64,000 bases of DNA, from NCBI GenBank assembly GCA_965112735.1, contig OZ218958.1, positions 3,410,001 to 3,474,000 of the forward strand. Direction: 5' to 3'. Positions 12,947 to 27,000 of this stretch are shown here, piece after piece. A model generated the notes under the pieces. That model made no database searches, was not told the DNA's origin, and saw only the letters and a program-made list of their open reading frames with translations. Position 1 is the first letter of the stretch. Each line of letters opens with the position of its first letter. Source of the stretch: Phaeosaccion multiseriatum (lineage: Eukaryota; Protista; Ochrophyta, other classes). A program made the translations under genes and the position numbers.

Positions 12947-13958
12947 GGCAGGCATACCGGGCAAGCAGGGGAAGGGTGCTGCGACGAAGCGAGGCGAGCC
13001 TTGAGCCTTGGTTTCGAGCCATGACATGCAGCCTCGACATGTGCTGCGGGAGGGACATGCAGTCATATGGGCTGGCTGGCGGGTGGACGGGCGGGCAGGC
13101 ACCCCCTGCCCCCCCCCCTCCTTTCTCTCCTTCCCCTCGCTTGCTTTGGGTCCAAGGTGGAGGGGCAGCAGCTGCACGCACCTGCACCCCTCTGTGCACA
13201 AATTACACTCACACTGTCTGCTATGTTCACTGCAGACGGGATTTCGAAAACCTAAGCACACATTACTCATTACATAAAGTAACTTTCCCTTCCCCCCCAC
13301 ATGTCCCGAGGGCCTTGAGGGCCTTGGCCACATCCCCCGCATTTCCTTCTTCTTCCTGCCTGAGCGTAGCGAAGGCGCCACCTTGTATAAAAGTAAACCT
13401 ATCGAAGTGCTTACTGTAGGTAAATGTATATTCGTTAGGATCTTCCTGCTATTTAGACGGGGAGGTAACACACACGCACCGCCACTGCTGCTGCTGCTGC
13501 TACTGCTGCTGCTGTATCACCAACTGCTGGACCACACTGCCACACGAAGGGAGCTCGCTTCGCAGGTCGTGCCGGTGACGCCCCTCCGTCTCAATGGCCC
13601 AACCCCTCTCTCTGTACATGTACATGGGCGGTGGTCGGGCTGGGCAACCTGTGCGCTTGACCATCTCCATCTCCTGCCCGTTCCCAGCCCTCCCCCCCAG
13701 GAGACAGCCCAGCCCCTGCCCTCCCCCCTTCCGCTTCCAAAGCCTCCAAACGCAGGCCCGACACACGACGTAAAACATGATGCTCGGCAGCGGCACGAGG
13801 GTATCCAGCTCCTTGCTTCCTTCCTCGGCCCGCCTCCTCTGTCCTATCAACGCTCCCAGCACCTGCCTGGCTGCTCCACACTCATTCCCATGCCATGCCG
13901 TTCGCGCTCTCCATCTCTCTCATGGAAATGAGACTACGATACTGATGCCCTTAATCAA

Positions 13959-14527
13959 TCACTTGGGTGGCGCCTTTCCGATGAGTCTTCTGTGGGAGTT
14001 GTTGTAGCTGTTGGCCATGCCGCCCAAGAAACCCAAGAAGAGCCCCATCTGGGCACAAGGCACACTTCGGAATGGCCGACCTGTGGACAGGCCAAGAAGG
14101 GCAAAGGGCAGTGGGCAAAGGGGTGAGCTTGGTTGGTGACTTGACGCGACGCGATCTTCCCCTCGACCAGCACACACACACACAATCATATGTTACAGCT
14201 TCTGAGAGATGAAGATAGTACCCTACACTGATAACGCCTCCCCACCTTCCTGCCCCCACCCAGCCTTGACTCTCTCGTTGCGACTCAAAGCGGCCCATCC
14301 TTCTCCTCATCCTGCTCCTGCTGCTGCTGCTACTACTGCTGTTACCACCGCTGCTTCCCAGCCCGCCTAACCTACATGCACACCTCACCTGCCGCGTACA
14401 TCCACAGGCCGCTGGCGAAGGTCCCTGCCGCCCACACCGTGTAGTCCGACAGACTGCAGTTCTTGAACACCGTGAGAGCCTCCGGGTCGGGGTCCTGGAT
14501 GGGGTACTTCGGCGGGTGGAACACCAT
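13959..14527 (-). CDS. NUXM: Mitochondrial complex I 20.9-kDa subunit (NUXM / plant NDUFB1-like), 86 aa; exons 14527-14389 and 14080-13959; probable 5'UTR intron ~14893-14541
   Basis: The spliced product MVFHPPKYPIQDPDPEALTVFKNCSLSDYTVWAAGTFASGLWMYAAGRPFRSVPCAQMGLFLGFLGGMANSYNNSHRRLIGKAPPK* fits the recalled family pattern YPxxDxxP..V..N....DY...GG...YxNS.xRLxG. Confidence 0.82.
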
Positions 14528-15155
14528 GGTGCGCGCAGTCCTGCGCAAGCGTCTTCCCTCTGTCCCTCTTTGCTTGCCCTCTGTTTCTTGGAGGACAAGA
14601 TGAGCATGTTTGGGGGAGGAGAAGAGGAAGAAATTTAGAAGGAAATGGGTTTAGAAAAGGGCAAACAGGAGGGAGGGGGAAGGGAATAGAACGTGCGTCA
14701 GGGAGGAGGGGTGGAGGGCAATTGGGCGTGAAAGAGGGACAGGGAGAGAAAGAATCAAGGAAGGAGGGAGGGGGAGAGGGGAGGGAGGGGAGGGAATGAG
14801 GACGGATGAGAGGATTGGGGACTCAGGAAAAGGAGAGTAACTAGCTAAGCACCCTCGTCAGGCGCCAGAGGCAAGCACAGCTAACCATCATACCTCTGGG
14901 CTACGAGTCTCCTTGCTGATTTATTCTCTTTGTTTGCTGTCTCACTGTCTCACTACTACTTTCCCGGGGGGTGGTCACTTTTAACATCCCAACTTCGTTC
15001 ACTTCCCCCTCCTTCCTCAGTCCTATTTCACCTTCCCTGCGACAGGAGCAGCAGAAACTCCCCTCCCCTCACTCTGTTGTGTTGTGGAGGTGGCTTGAGA
15101 TTTGACTTTCCATCGGGGATCCCAGCTGTAGAGCTGGCAGCCCGAAGAGGAGAGG

Positions 15156-17048
15156 ATGAGCTCCGATGAGGAGGACGGGGGGGGGCGAGGGAGGGGGGAC
15201 GGCCAGGGGGAGAACATGGCGTTTACTGCTGAAAACGACTTCGAGGACGGACAGTGGGTAGGCGGGGAGTTCTACGCCAGAGGGAAGAAGGGAGGGGGCA
15301 GACAGCAGACCAAGGAAGATCAGCTCTATGGGGTTTTTGCCGAGGGCGGGAGCGACGAGGAGGGCCGCAACAAGCGGAGGGCCAAGGACAGGAGGCAGGG
15401 GAATTCCCGGGGCGATCTCAGCCGGCCCATGAACTTTGTGGGTGGGGGAGGCAGCGAGAGTGATGGCCAGAAGAAGCCCCAGGCGGAGGGGCAACAGCAG
15501 ATAGGAGCAGAGGAGGAGGAGGAAGATGTGGAGATGGAGAAGGAAGCTGCGGCACAAGCCGCCAAGGGGAGAGGGAAGTTCGACAGACTTTTGAAAAAGG
15601 GGGTGGGTGCCGCAGCAGGGGCAGCGGCAGGACAGAGTGGAGGGAGCGGCAGCAGGAAGAGGCCGCGGGCAGAGGAAGGGCGACATGAGAAGGACGAGGA
15701 CGACGATTATCGTCCTGGGCTCGGGACGGGACTGGGGCTGGGAATGCAGCAGCAGCAGCACCAGCAGCAGCAGCCGGCTCTGAATAGCAATGCCGCCTTC
15801 CGGGACTTTCTTACCAGTGGCAATCAGGCTCGCGCGGAGGAGGAGAAGGAGAGGAAGGAGGCGGAGGAGGCCGCGGAGATGGTGCGGAAGGAGGAGGAGC
15901 AGGCCATTGATGCCCCCGTGCGGAGGGGCATTGGTATCTCGAACGGCATCAACGTGGCCCGCCCCACTATAGGGGGCAATGGAAGTGGCAGTGGAGGGGG
16001 AGGGGCGGCCGCCAAACCCCCCGCGTCAGCCCTTCCCGCCAACATGGGCAAGTGGGAGCAGCACACCAAAGGCTTTGGCGCCAAAATGCTGGCCAAGATG
16101 GGCTTCTCCGGCCGCTTGGGCAAGGAGAAGACGGGCGTGACTCGGCAACTCGAGGTCAAGGTGAGGCCGGATCGCATGGGACTGGGCCATGGAGGCTTCA
16201 AAGAGGCCACCACCCTCAAGACCAATCGTAACCTCGAGGCCGAAAGGCAGGGCAAGACGCTCGAGCAGCTGGAGAAGGACATGGGCATCGCTCCCAAGCC
16301 GCAGAGCAGGGGCAAGGCCATGGGGAGTGCGGCGGAGAGGGAGGCAGACAAGGGCCTCTGGAGGAAGGGGACGGGGGCTGTGAACAAGCGGGGCAAGCGG
16401 AGGTACGTAACCGCCGAGCAGCTGCTTAGGGAGGAGAGGGAGGACAAGGAGGAGGGGGAGGGGGGCGGCCAGCAGCAGGGACAGCAGCAGGTCATCATTG
16501 ACATGCGGGGCCCTAAGGCGAAGCTTCTCTCGGGTATGGACGGGCTAGGGGGTGGCTTGGACGAGGACGACGAAGGAGCGGTTGCTTCACAACTGGCGGC
16601 GGAGGCCATGGAGCGCCACCGGCCCAAGCTGGGGCAGGAGCTGCTGCACAACACGAGCCTCATTGTGTCTCTGGCGGAGCAAGAGGTGCTGCAGCAAAGC
16701 TCCAAGCTGAAGGTCGCGCAGCAGACCCTCCACACACTACACAAAGAGGTGAGGGGCGGGGCGGAACGGGGTGGGTGGATGAGTGGGTGGGTGAGTGGGT
16801 GCGAAGGGACGGGTGAGTAAGAGTCAGTCTAACTTCTTCATTGCTCTTGCCTTTGGCCGCTCCCCCTCCTCCTCCTCCTCCCTCCTCCTCCTCCATCCTC
16901 TCTTCTTCTTCTTCTTCTCTTCTTCTTCTTCTTCTTCTTCTTCTTCTTCTTCTTCTCCTTCTTCTTCTTCTTCTTCTTCTTCTTCTTCTTCTTCTTCTTC
17001 TCTTCTTCTTCTTCTTCTTCTCCTTCTTCTTCTTCTTCTTCTTCTTCT

Positions 17049-17087
<39 letters not shown>

Positions 17088-17513
17088 TCCTCTTCCTCTT
17101 CTCCTCCTCCTCCTCCTCCTCCCTCAGGTGCGGGGTCAACGAACAAAGGTGTCCTCCGGTGCGGCCCGTCTGTCGCGCATGCATGAGGTGGGTCAGCTGC
17201 TCGAGAGGGTGCTCGACAGAGTGGCGGAGGACGCCAAGTCCATCACCAGCGACGCTCTGCTCAGAGTCTTCGTCACGCTGCGAGAGAGGTATCCACAGGT
17301 GAGGTCGGTTAGCATCTCGTGTCTGTCTCACCTCTCTCTCTTGCTATATATATACATATATTCCTCTCTCTCTCCGTCCCTCCTCTTTGTCTTCCTCCTT
17401 CCCTCCCTCTCTTGCTCTCTTCCCCTCCTCTGTGTACGTGTGTGGTTCTCTCTCTAAGCCCTCTCTCTCTCACACACACACACAAACACACACAAACACA
17501 CACACATACACAC

Positions 17514-17553
<40 letters not shown>

Positions 17554-18838
17554 AAACAGGAGTTCACTGTGTTCGGTCTAGCGCAGCTCGCCCCCTCCAT
17601 CGCCGCCCCCATCATGAAGCAGGCCCTCAAGGGCTGGGACCCCCTCGGGGACCCCTACCAGGTGGGTGATGGCAGCTCATGGCAGTAAATGGCAGTGATG
17701 CTTGGTCTGTTGGTGCTCTACGCTCCACTCACAGGTTCGCCTATGCAGCTGTAACGGCCTCAAAGACGCTCACCTTGTCCCTCCCACCCTCCCCACCTCT
17801 TCCGAACCTTCCCCCCTCCCCTCCTGGGACCCCCCCACCCCCCCTCCTCCCCTCCTCCTCGACCCTTTGCAGGTGGCGGCTTTGCTGGCGCAGTGGCGGC
17901 CCGTGCTAACGGCAGCCGTGGGAGACCCGCAGCAGCAGCAACAGCAGGAGGAGGGGGGCGGGGGGCTGACCGGCATAGAGCAGCGGGGCTTCGACGCGCA
18001 GAGAGAGGGAGAGGCGGCCTTCGCGTCCCTTGTGGAGCAAGTGGTGCTTCCCGCCCTCCGAGGGGCCCTGGTCAACTCATGGGATCCATTGGCACCACTT
18101 CCACCAGAAGTGAGGGGAGGGGAGGGAGAGGGTGGAGGAGGAGGAGGAGGAGGAGGAGGAGGAGGAGGAGGAGGAAGAGGGGAGGAAGGGGGGGAGGAGG
18201 CCCAGCACGGGGTGAGTGATACAACAACAGGGGTGGGTGTGCAGCAGTTGGTGATACAGCGGCAACAGGAGGCGGCGGCGGCTCCGGTGGCGCTGGTGGA
18301 GGTGCTTGCTAATGCCGCCCCTCGCTCCGTGACGGAGGCACTGCTTGACCACACCGTGCTGCCCAAGCTCAATAGGGCCATCGCACAGTGGCAGTGGGGG
18401 GGAGGAGGGGCGGTCTCCTCCTCCTCCTCCTCCTGCTCTGGGGGCATGCATGTGTGGCTTGTGCCGTGGCTTCCTCTCCTCGGATCCGAGCGTCGCCAGC
18501 AGCTGTTCCCCGAGGTGCGACGAAAGCTTGGTGGGGCGCTGGCCAAGTGGCAGCCTGCCGCCTCCCATGGAGGAGGAGGGGGAGGAGGAGGGGGAGGAGG
18601 AGGAGAGGGTGGGGGGGCGGGGCCCGAAGCGGGGCTGGCGCTGATCCGTCCGTGGATGGGTATCTTCGACGGCCGCAGCCTCGAGGCGCTTGTAGTGAAG
18701 AGCGTGGTGCCCAAGCTGCTGCGCTGTCTGCGTGACGAGTTGGTGATACAACCGGCAGGACAGGAGCTCGGGCCCTTGACAGCGGTCATGGCGTGGCAGG
18801 GTGTTGTGCCGAGGCTGCACATGACGGCACTGCTGGAG

Positions 18839-18919
<81 letters not shown>

Positions 18920-20312
18920 CGTGAGGAGGAAGGTTCGGCGGGGACGGATGAAGAGTGAGGGCTTTGAGTGGGCGTGGCCCAATGGGCGGGAGGAGGAGGT
19001 GGTGGATGGGCGTGTGTCGTACTCCTGCTTCACCGCCTCTCCTTTCCCAGTCAGAGAGCGATATCTGGGCGGAGTCATTGCACCCTTTCCCCCTTCGCTG
19101 TATCACCACATGCTCTCCTCTTCCTCTTCTCTGTCCTACTCTGCCCTGCCTTCCCATCTGCTTTCTGCTCTGCTTTCTTAGCCCCGCTCTGCTCTGCTCT
19201 CCTCTGCTCCTTCTCTCCCTCCCTCCCTCCCTCCCTGTCTCTCTCTCTCTCCCTCCATCCCTGTCTCTCTCTCTCTCTCACTCTCTCTCTCAGGGTGAAT
19301 TGTTCCCTAAGTGGCTGCGCACGCTGCACACGTGGCTGACAGGGGAGGGCGTGAACATGGGGGAGGTGGCACAGTGGTACCAGGGGTGGAAGACGCTCTT
19401 CAGCGGCGCTGGCCCCCTCGGGAAGGTACCCCTCGGGGAGACGCCCCTCGGGGAGGCTCCTTCCATTGAGGCGCAGTTCAAGGCGGCGCTGGCCATGATG
19501 GAGGCCGCTATGCGCCGCAAGAAGGCAGCTGCTACCACAGCAGTTGGTGATACGGCAGGTCCTCCTCTGGCCCTCCCACCGAGTGCGGCATCTTCTTCCT
19601 ACCACACCGTGCTGGAGCGCTTCAAGCGGGAGGCTTTGGGGCAGCGGCAGGAGCAGCTGGAGCAGCAGAAGGAGCTGCACAAGCGGCAGGAGCAGGAGCA
19701 GCAGGAGCAGCGGCGCAAGGCCGCGGCGGCACAAGCGGCGGCGGCGATGAGTCGGCATGGTGTGAGTTTCAAGGAGGTGGTGGGGGACTTCTGCAGCAGG
19801 CGGGGCCTCACCCTGCTGCCCAAGACTGGCAAGGGTCACGACGGAAAGCAGGTGGGTGCGTGGGTGCGTGGGTGCGTGGGTGCGTGGGTGCGTGGGGGCG
19901 TGAGTGTGCGTGGGAGTGTGTCTGTGGGGGGGGGGGGGGGGGTGATGTACCTTCCCTGTTTATTGCCCATGGCCCATTCCGCCATGTGCCTTGGGCCCTG
20001 GTGGGTGTGTGGGTGGGTGGGTGGGGGTGCACACCGCCGCTGCTGTACCGCTACAGATGTGTCTCAAGTCCGCCCGCCCCAACTGCTTAACCCCTTGAAA
20101 AATCTGCTGAAACTGCCCAAACTGCTGAAACAGGTGTTTGTGGTGAGCGACGGAGGGACGGGGGGGGGCAACAAGGTCAACATGTACCTTCACGACGACG
20201 TTGCCTTCGTCCAGAGCGCAGAGAAGAGCAGCGAGAGGCGCGAGTGGCGGCCCGTTTCTCTCGAGGAGCTCGCGGCGATGGCGGAGGGGCAGGGGAAGGG
20301 GCAGGGCAGGCC

Positions 20313-20358
<46 letters not shown>

Positions 20359-20451
20359 AGGAAGGACTCCCACAAAGCTCCGCGGGGGGGCGCAACAGCG
20401 GACAAAGGAGGGCAAGGCGCCACTGCTGCCGCCCCCCTCGACATTGACTGA
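15156..20451 (+). CDS. TFIP11: Tuftelin-interacting protein 11 (Ntr1/Spp382, G-patch spliceosome disassembly factor); exons ~15156-16748, 17128-17298, 17560-17661, 17873-18838, 19294-19851, 20134-20451
   Basis: TIP_N region (GQWVGGEFY...QTKEDQLYGVF...PMNFV), G-patch (GKWEQHTKGFGAKMLAKMGF), ELLHN motif, and GCFC region (HVWLVPWLP, FPKWLRTLHTWL, EVAQWYQGWK). Confidence 0.93.
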
Positions 20452-20750
20452 CGATGATTGCGTTCATTGACTGGTGATGATTGCGTTCATTGACTGATGA
20501 TGATTGCGTTCATTGACTGATTGCGTTCAGCTATCGCACCCGACGGGGCTGCTGCAGTCGCGGAGGGAGGAACGGGGGTCGGAGGGCAAGACCTCTCTCT
20601 CTCTCTCTGTGGGGTAGGCAGGGCACGAGCTCTCTCTCTCTCTCTGTGGGGTAGGCAGGGCACGACCTCTCTCTCTCTCTCTGGGGTAGGCAGGGCACGA
20701 CCTCTCTCTCTCTCTCTCTGTGGGGTAGGCAGGGCACGACCTCTCTCTCT
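20442..20750. repeat. 23-bp repeat CATTGACTGATGATGATTGCGTT x~4 overlapping the TFIP11 stop, followed by (CT)n-GTGGGGTAGGCAGGGCACGAC x4
   Basis: Seen directly in the sequence. Confidence 0.85.
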
Positions 20751-22193
20751 GTGCAATGTGCTACCCGTACCGAAGCGACACTCCTTAGCGACTCCGTCAG
20801 CGACTCCATGGGCGACTCCTTCTCCCCTTTTTGGCACCATATAACTGTGTAAGAGAGGAGCAGAAGGAGGTACTTATGTTATCCTCTGTTGGTGGGAACG
20901 GATGGGGGTTGCTGCGGTGATGATGGGCAGTGTTCAAGCCCCGCACAGAGAAGAAAGCAGTAACTGCACAGCTCATTTTTGTAACGGGCGTAACGGCATA
21001 GCGCCTCTCTGTCTCTGGGGCCGTGTATGCTCGTGCTCACACCCTCCGGTACCGCCTCCGCCGAGGAGCGAGTGAGAAGGAGAGACAGAGGGAGAGGCGA
21101 GGAGCGAGCACCCCCTGGCTGCGCAACACTTGAAGGTGGATGTGCGATGTGTGCCCCTTCGTGTGCCCCTTCATCACTTGGAGGCTCTTCGTTGCTCCTT
21201 TATCCTTCCTTTCTGGTTGCTCCTTATGACTTGAAGCTCTCCGTCGAGCGAGGCCCGATGGATGGAGAACATGGGAGAGGGTGCTGCGGGGGGGCGATCA
21301 ATACAAAGAAAGGCCTGGCTGAGACTAGGCCACAGTACAGCCACAGTACAGCCACACAGGAAGGCAACAGTACACATGGCCCAGCCACTAAATACACGAA
21401 ATTTAGATTACTTTGGAGTATTGCTTTCCTACTTTATCGGAGACGTGCACGCCCGCCCAACACAGCGCCACACACGTACTTGTCTCTCTCATGCGCAGTT
21501 TGTCACTCTCCCTTACGTCTGTCCGTCTTTCCGTCTGTCCGTCTGCCTGCCTGTCCGTATGTATGTCTGTCTGTCTGTCTATCTGTCTGTCCGTCTGTCT
21601 GTCTGTCTGTCTGTCCGTCTGTCCGTCTGTCTGCCTGTCACTCTCCCTTACGTCTGTTTGTCTGTCTGTCTGCCGCCTCTCGCCTCTCGCCGAGCGCAGC
21701 TGCCACTCTGTCTCCCTGCCTGCCTGCCTGTCTGTCTACCTGCCTGCCTGCCTTGCCTCAGCCTCCCTCCCTCCCTCCCTCCCTCCCTCCCATCCACTGC
21801 CATCCACTGCCATCAAGGCAGTCAGTGCCGGTGGGGTCACTTTTCCTTCGACGTTCCGTCTGTCTCCCCTCCCCCCCATTGGCCCCTGTTGGGAAGAGAG
21901 ATGCCCTCCCCCGCCGCTGCCACAAACAAGCCCACGCCACAAGCCCACCGCTAGCTGCCATCAGCTGCCATCCTTGCTGCTGCCACCACCGCTACACTGC
22001 CACCAAGTAGCAGCCATCTCCCCGCGGCGTGAAGGCACACGGCAATTTCCCTCCTGCCCCCACCCCCCTCTTCCCCCTCTTTTGGTTCCTCCCCTGCCTG
22101 CCCTGCCTGCCCTGCCTACCCTGCCTGTTCTGCCCAACCGCCCAACAGCATGCATGTAACGGCTTTTGTGTTCCAAGTCGGAGGGAAGGCAGC

Positions 22194-22558
22194 TTATGCG
22201 CCACCGCTGCCCGAGGGGGCTTGGGGGTTGTGCTTGAGAAGGTATGCGGCTAACCACTCCACCGGGTTGGGTGGTCGCTCCTTGACCAGTTGAGACATGC
22301 CGTCTAACAGGATAGGCACCACCGTTTGGTCCAAGTACGCGCGGATGGGCAGCGACTGCGGCAGAGAAGGGAGGGGAGGGGAGGGGAGGGGAGGGGAGGG
22401 GAGGGGAGGGGAGGGGGGGGATGGAGAGGTCAGGAGCAGAGCCAGGAACGGGGGGGAGGAGGGCTTCCAACGGCCTTGGTGGAGGGGTGGAGGGGTGGAG
22501 GGGTGGAGGAACAGGAATACAGGGGTGGGTAGAGCTTCCGTGCCTGACAAGAGCGACT

Positions 22559-22612
<54 letters not shown>

Positions 22613-23344
22613 AAACGCGCTAGGAGCCCTTGTGTCCTTCGCTCCGATGGAAGGGCTCCGCACCCTCCCTTCCCTCCCGCATTCCCTGCCTGCTCTCTCT
22701 CACGTCTCCTCCCTGGAGGCAGTCCCGCCTCACCCCCTTGTATCCACCCCCCTGTACTGATGCGGGGGTGAGCGACAGCCATCCACTGCCATCCAAGCCA
22801 TCCAAGGCACCCCCCCTTCCCAAGCAACTACACCGAACGACTCAGATGCGGCCCTTGCCAGGGAAGATGGGCTTCCTCAGAGGGAGCAGAGACGACCATC
22901 CTTGGGGGCGCAGGCACGACGAACCTATCCAAAGGCAGAACAACTCCTCTCCTGAAGACCTCCTTCCCTCCCCGTCCACGGGTTCCCGCACCTGCACGTC
23001 GATCCTGTCCTGCAAAGCGTCGGCGGCCTTTTGGGCGGACACAAGTTGCTCCGGGGAGAGGCTGGCTGGGGCTGCGTCGACGGCGGCGGGGGTTGCTGCC
23101 GGCGCTGCTGCTGTTGCCGCTGCCGCTGCTGGGGTCGGTGCTGCGGAACCCTCTGCTGCGACAGGCACCACCGCCGAGCTCTCGTCTTTTGCGCCTTCTT
23201 CTTGGATTGAGTTGCCGTGGAATGTAGGAGGAAAGGGCAGGGAGAGGTACAGCACCCGTTAAATTGGGTTGGAAGCAAGATCGGAGGAGCAGAGAGCAAG
23301 GGAAAAGAGTCCTATCCCCCTCCCCGCTCTACACCATCGCCCAT
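22194..23344 (-). CDS. DPY30: DPY-30 (COMPASS subunit) homolog; exons ~23344-23335, 23200-22992, 22355-22194
   Basis: [43 protein letters not shown] is the canonical Dpy-30 motif. Confidence 0.9.
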
Positions 23345-24071
23345 CTCTCGGGTTTGGCAACAGCCTGGAACAGCGCTCCGCAGTAGCTAGGCCAGCCAAC
23401 ACAGCGCAGCCGTCACGATGACTGCTCCTTGCACTCATGCATGCCGACACAGCGGTGACCAATTGCAGAGTCTTTTGAACTTGGATTCTTCTCCGATCAG
23501 TTCCTCCCAGGGAACAAAGAGAAGGCAAGGCTGCATGAAGCGCAGGAGAGCTGCAGCAGCCAAGATTCCCTCTCCTGTCTCCTCCCCGTCCAGCTTTGTG
23601 TTTCCCCAGTCAGCGGCAAGTCAAAATCCCTTCTGGCCGTGGCGTGCCAGAGCACCACCCCGTTCCAAGATCCAATCCACTTCCAGAAGCCTCCCTGGCG
23701 CATGGGTCCTGCCGCCCTGGATAACTCACCTGTACTCTCCGGGGCAGCTGCCGTGCTCGCTGCGGGAGGGTCCACCTCCATGCTCTATGCCTTCTTTGAG
23801 GAAATGAATTGTCTCCCCAAAACGGGAGAGGGAGACAAGCTGAAACTGGAAATGCTCGAGTTTTGGGTGTCGATCATCGATTTCTCGACTTCAAACTTTC
23901 ACTTTCCTCTCTCGTGGGGACTCCTTTATATCACAGCCCTGCCGTGCATCCTTTTTCTCTGGGACAGGTCTCCTGTATAGCTGGCATCTGCCGCTTCCCG
24001 GGTTGCGAAAGCGGCGCGCTGGGGGGGGATAGGTCCCCTTCTGGCGCTTGAAGCTCTAGGTAGGATCGCCT

Positions 24072-27000
24072 ATGGAGAAGCAAACACAGAAGCAAACAGG
24101 GGCACAGGACGGTAAAGAAGCGGAGGAAGCGCCGTGTCCCTTCTGCGTTTTCGAAGGCCCGGGTATCGTCCGCAATGCTTGGCCTACTCTGTCCGACGCC
24201 ACTGTCCACCTCCCAGAGGAGGAGGTGCAAGCGTGGCAGGCACAGGGGAGGGCAGTAGACGACGGGTGGGACTACAACACTTGCATCTGTCGGGGGGAGA
24301 GCAGGCGCACGACCTACAGCCAGTTTTCGCGACTATGGAAGGATCTGCTTGAGGAGGAGAAGATCGAGGAGGAGGAGCAAGATGAGGTGGAGGAGGGTGT
24401 TGGAGGGAGTGGGAACGAGGGACGAGCAGAGGAACGAGCAGGGGCGGCAGAGGAGTCTGAGGAACGAGCAGGGGCAGCAGAGGAGTCTCCTCATGCAGAA
24501 GCGTGGAGGATGTGTGCTCCGAACATTTGGGACACGTTGAAAAGTGTCGTCGCCGTAGGGAGGCACCTACCGGGTGCCGCGAGCCTTGTCCACAGCTGCC
24601 TCGGGGAGCTAGAGCAATGGAGGAGCTCCTTCAATGACTCTGACCGGAAGCTGGTCAGAACGACCCTCATTACCATCGCCTTTTGTCAGCGCAGCGCAAC
24701 CATACCCATGCTCCGCGTGTTGGCCAAACCCCGGGAGGGCTTCCGGGTGTCGTGGGATACATTCAAGCTGAGCCTGCTGGAGGAGGGGCAGGAGCCGTTC
24801 CTCAACGAGGAGGCCTTCCTCCACTCCCGCCTGGACTCGTACTTCCCGCTCTTCATAGCCGTGGACCGCCTGCTGCTGAGCCACTTGAACCTGAGAGTAC
24901 TCCCGCTGCACACCGCAGATGGACCGGGGGATGGCAGTCAACGGCAAGCACAGGAGGACGCGTATATCTTCGGCGATCGTCTGCGCTTTTGGGTGCGGGA
25001 GCGGGGTGCGAGCGTCGTTGCCCCGGTGATATGGGGCGAGCGGATGGGAAGGAACACGGGGCTCTCCTCGGTGTGGTGCGCGGCCATCACAAGAGGGGGA
25101 GAGGACGTGTTGGAGGTGAGAGAGGGGGGGGGGGGCATTTGTTGACTTTGTAGGGGGGAGGTGCGAGGTGTCGGGGCCATAAGTAGAGTGATTAGGGGGG
25201 GGGGTTGGTTGTGTGATTTGGGGGGGGGGGGTAGTGTGCTTGGGGGGTGAGTAGGTGGTAGGGTTGTGGGAGGGGGGGAGGGAGGGAGGGAGGGAGGGCA
25301 CGACGACTCTTCCTTCTGGAGAGCAGACCACGCAAGGGATGGAAGGAAGGAAGGAAGGAAGCAGTGGTACAGCTCTCCTTCCTCCCCTCCATGAGCTCTG
25401 GCCATGCGCTTGCAGACCCATTGGGCAGTCTTGGGCTGTCAGTCCTGGCAGGGGGTTGACAGTGTTGGCTGATTGACTGATTGGCTGTTAGTCTTTAGGG
25501 GATGGGCCTCTGCTCTGCTTGTGCGGCACCTTCCTTCTCTTTGTTCTTTTTCCTTTGCTTCGACTACGCTAAATGGAGCGCCTCCCCCTCCTCCCCCCAC
25601 CCCTCCCCGTCCACTGCCATCCCCTGCCATCCCCCCCAGTTGCTGCTGTCCCTCCTGCGTCCCTCTGAGGGGGAAGTGGTGAGTCTCAGAGGCGTGTGTC
25701 CCGAGGGGGTGCGGCTTGTGCTGGAGGCCGTCCTCCCCCCCCGGGAGAGCGAGTGGGGACCACCCCGTGAGGACCATCTGCACCTGAGCCGCCGGGCCCT
25801 TGCGCTTCTTGTACAGGTACGTGGGTACGTACGTACTTACGTATGCGGCTCTTTTGACCGCTGGACTGGGCCGTGCATGCGCCGTGCATGTACATGGGCC
25901 CTTAGTGCGTGCCGAGCGGTTATGTAGTGTGACGTAGTGTTACGTATAGTGTTTTGCTTCCAAACATACGCTTGCCCTGCTACGATAGTCTGCTGGTCTG
26001 CCTACCCTCGCCCTGCTGGCCTGCTGCTGGCCTGTCGTTGCTTCCCTTTGCCTGCTATTCGTAGTGGGATCGATCGCACCGCTCACAGACTGACTCTGTA
26101 TCACCAACGCGGTCATGTTGCGCAGAGAGGCGGTTGGGATTTGGACCCTGCCGTATTCATGAGGAAGAACTTGCTCAAGATGGGCCTGCCCGCCTTCGCC
26201 AGGGATAACTTGGGCACCAGCTACCCCAAGCTCACACACACCCTCACCGAGCTCGAGCACGAGGTGGCCCAGCGAGGGGCAGACTACACCCCCACCCCCC
26301 CTCAGGGCACACAACACTTGCCCTTCTCCTCCTGCTCCTCCCCCCCCCTGTCGCCTTCCCCTCCTCCTCGTGTTCCTCCTACCCAATCGGAGAGTGCACG
26401 GGAGGAGCAAGACCGGGACGCTGCGACGTATGAAGCGGCGACTGCGGCTGAGGAGTCTGTGAAGAAGCAGAAGCAGTCGCAATCGTCAGTGAAGAAGCAG
26501 CAGTCACAATCGTCACTGTCCATTCCAGAGCGCTGGCTGCTCACCTGCTCTGTGGAGGAGTTCACGGCGGCGGTGGAGCAGGTGGAGAAGGGGGAGGGCG
26601 GGAAGGAGGAGGGGGAAGAGGAGGAGGAGGTGGGGGGCCGGGCGGATGAAGGTGGAGGTGGTGGTGAACAAGAGCAAGACGGAGCGCCCAGTATATCACC
26701 AACTGCTGCGTCTGTGTCTGTGTCACCAAGCTCGGCCGTGCGAGGCGTGAGGAAGGGCGGGGTGAGCTCGTCGCTCCTCAGGCAGCTCATCCAAAGCCTC
26801 AAACCCTCACCAGCAGGACGGGGAGACTACTCCGCCCTCCAAAAGCTTCCCCTCCTACTGAGGCTGGCGGGGGGGGAGGTGTGGTTCGAGCCGGAGGCGA
26901 TGCTCCAAAGCAAATACGCTCTCTTCAGCACCCTGCTCAAGCTTTATGAAGCGGCGACGCGCAATGTTCCTGCCTTCAGGGCCCTTGTGCAGGCCTTCCT

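Noticed and set aside
12489-13471. ORFs of 236 and 305 aa with KDIPPYQGRIYPPTKEGYTPLPR repeats
   Set aside because: They are translations of the 23-bp minisatellite cycling through three frames.
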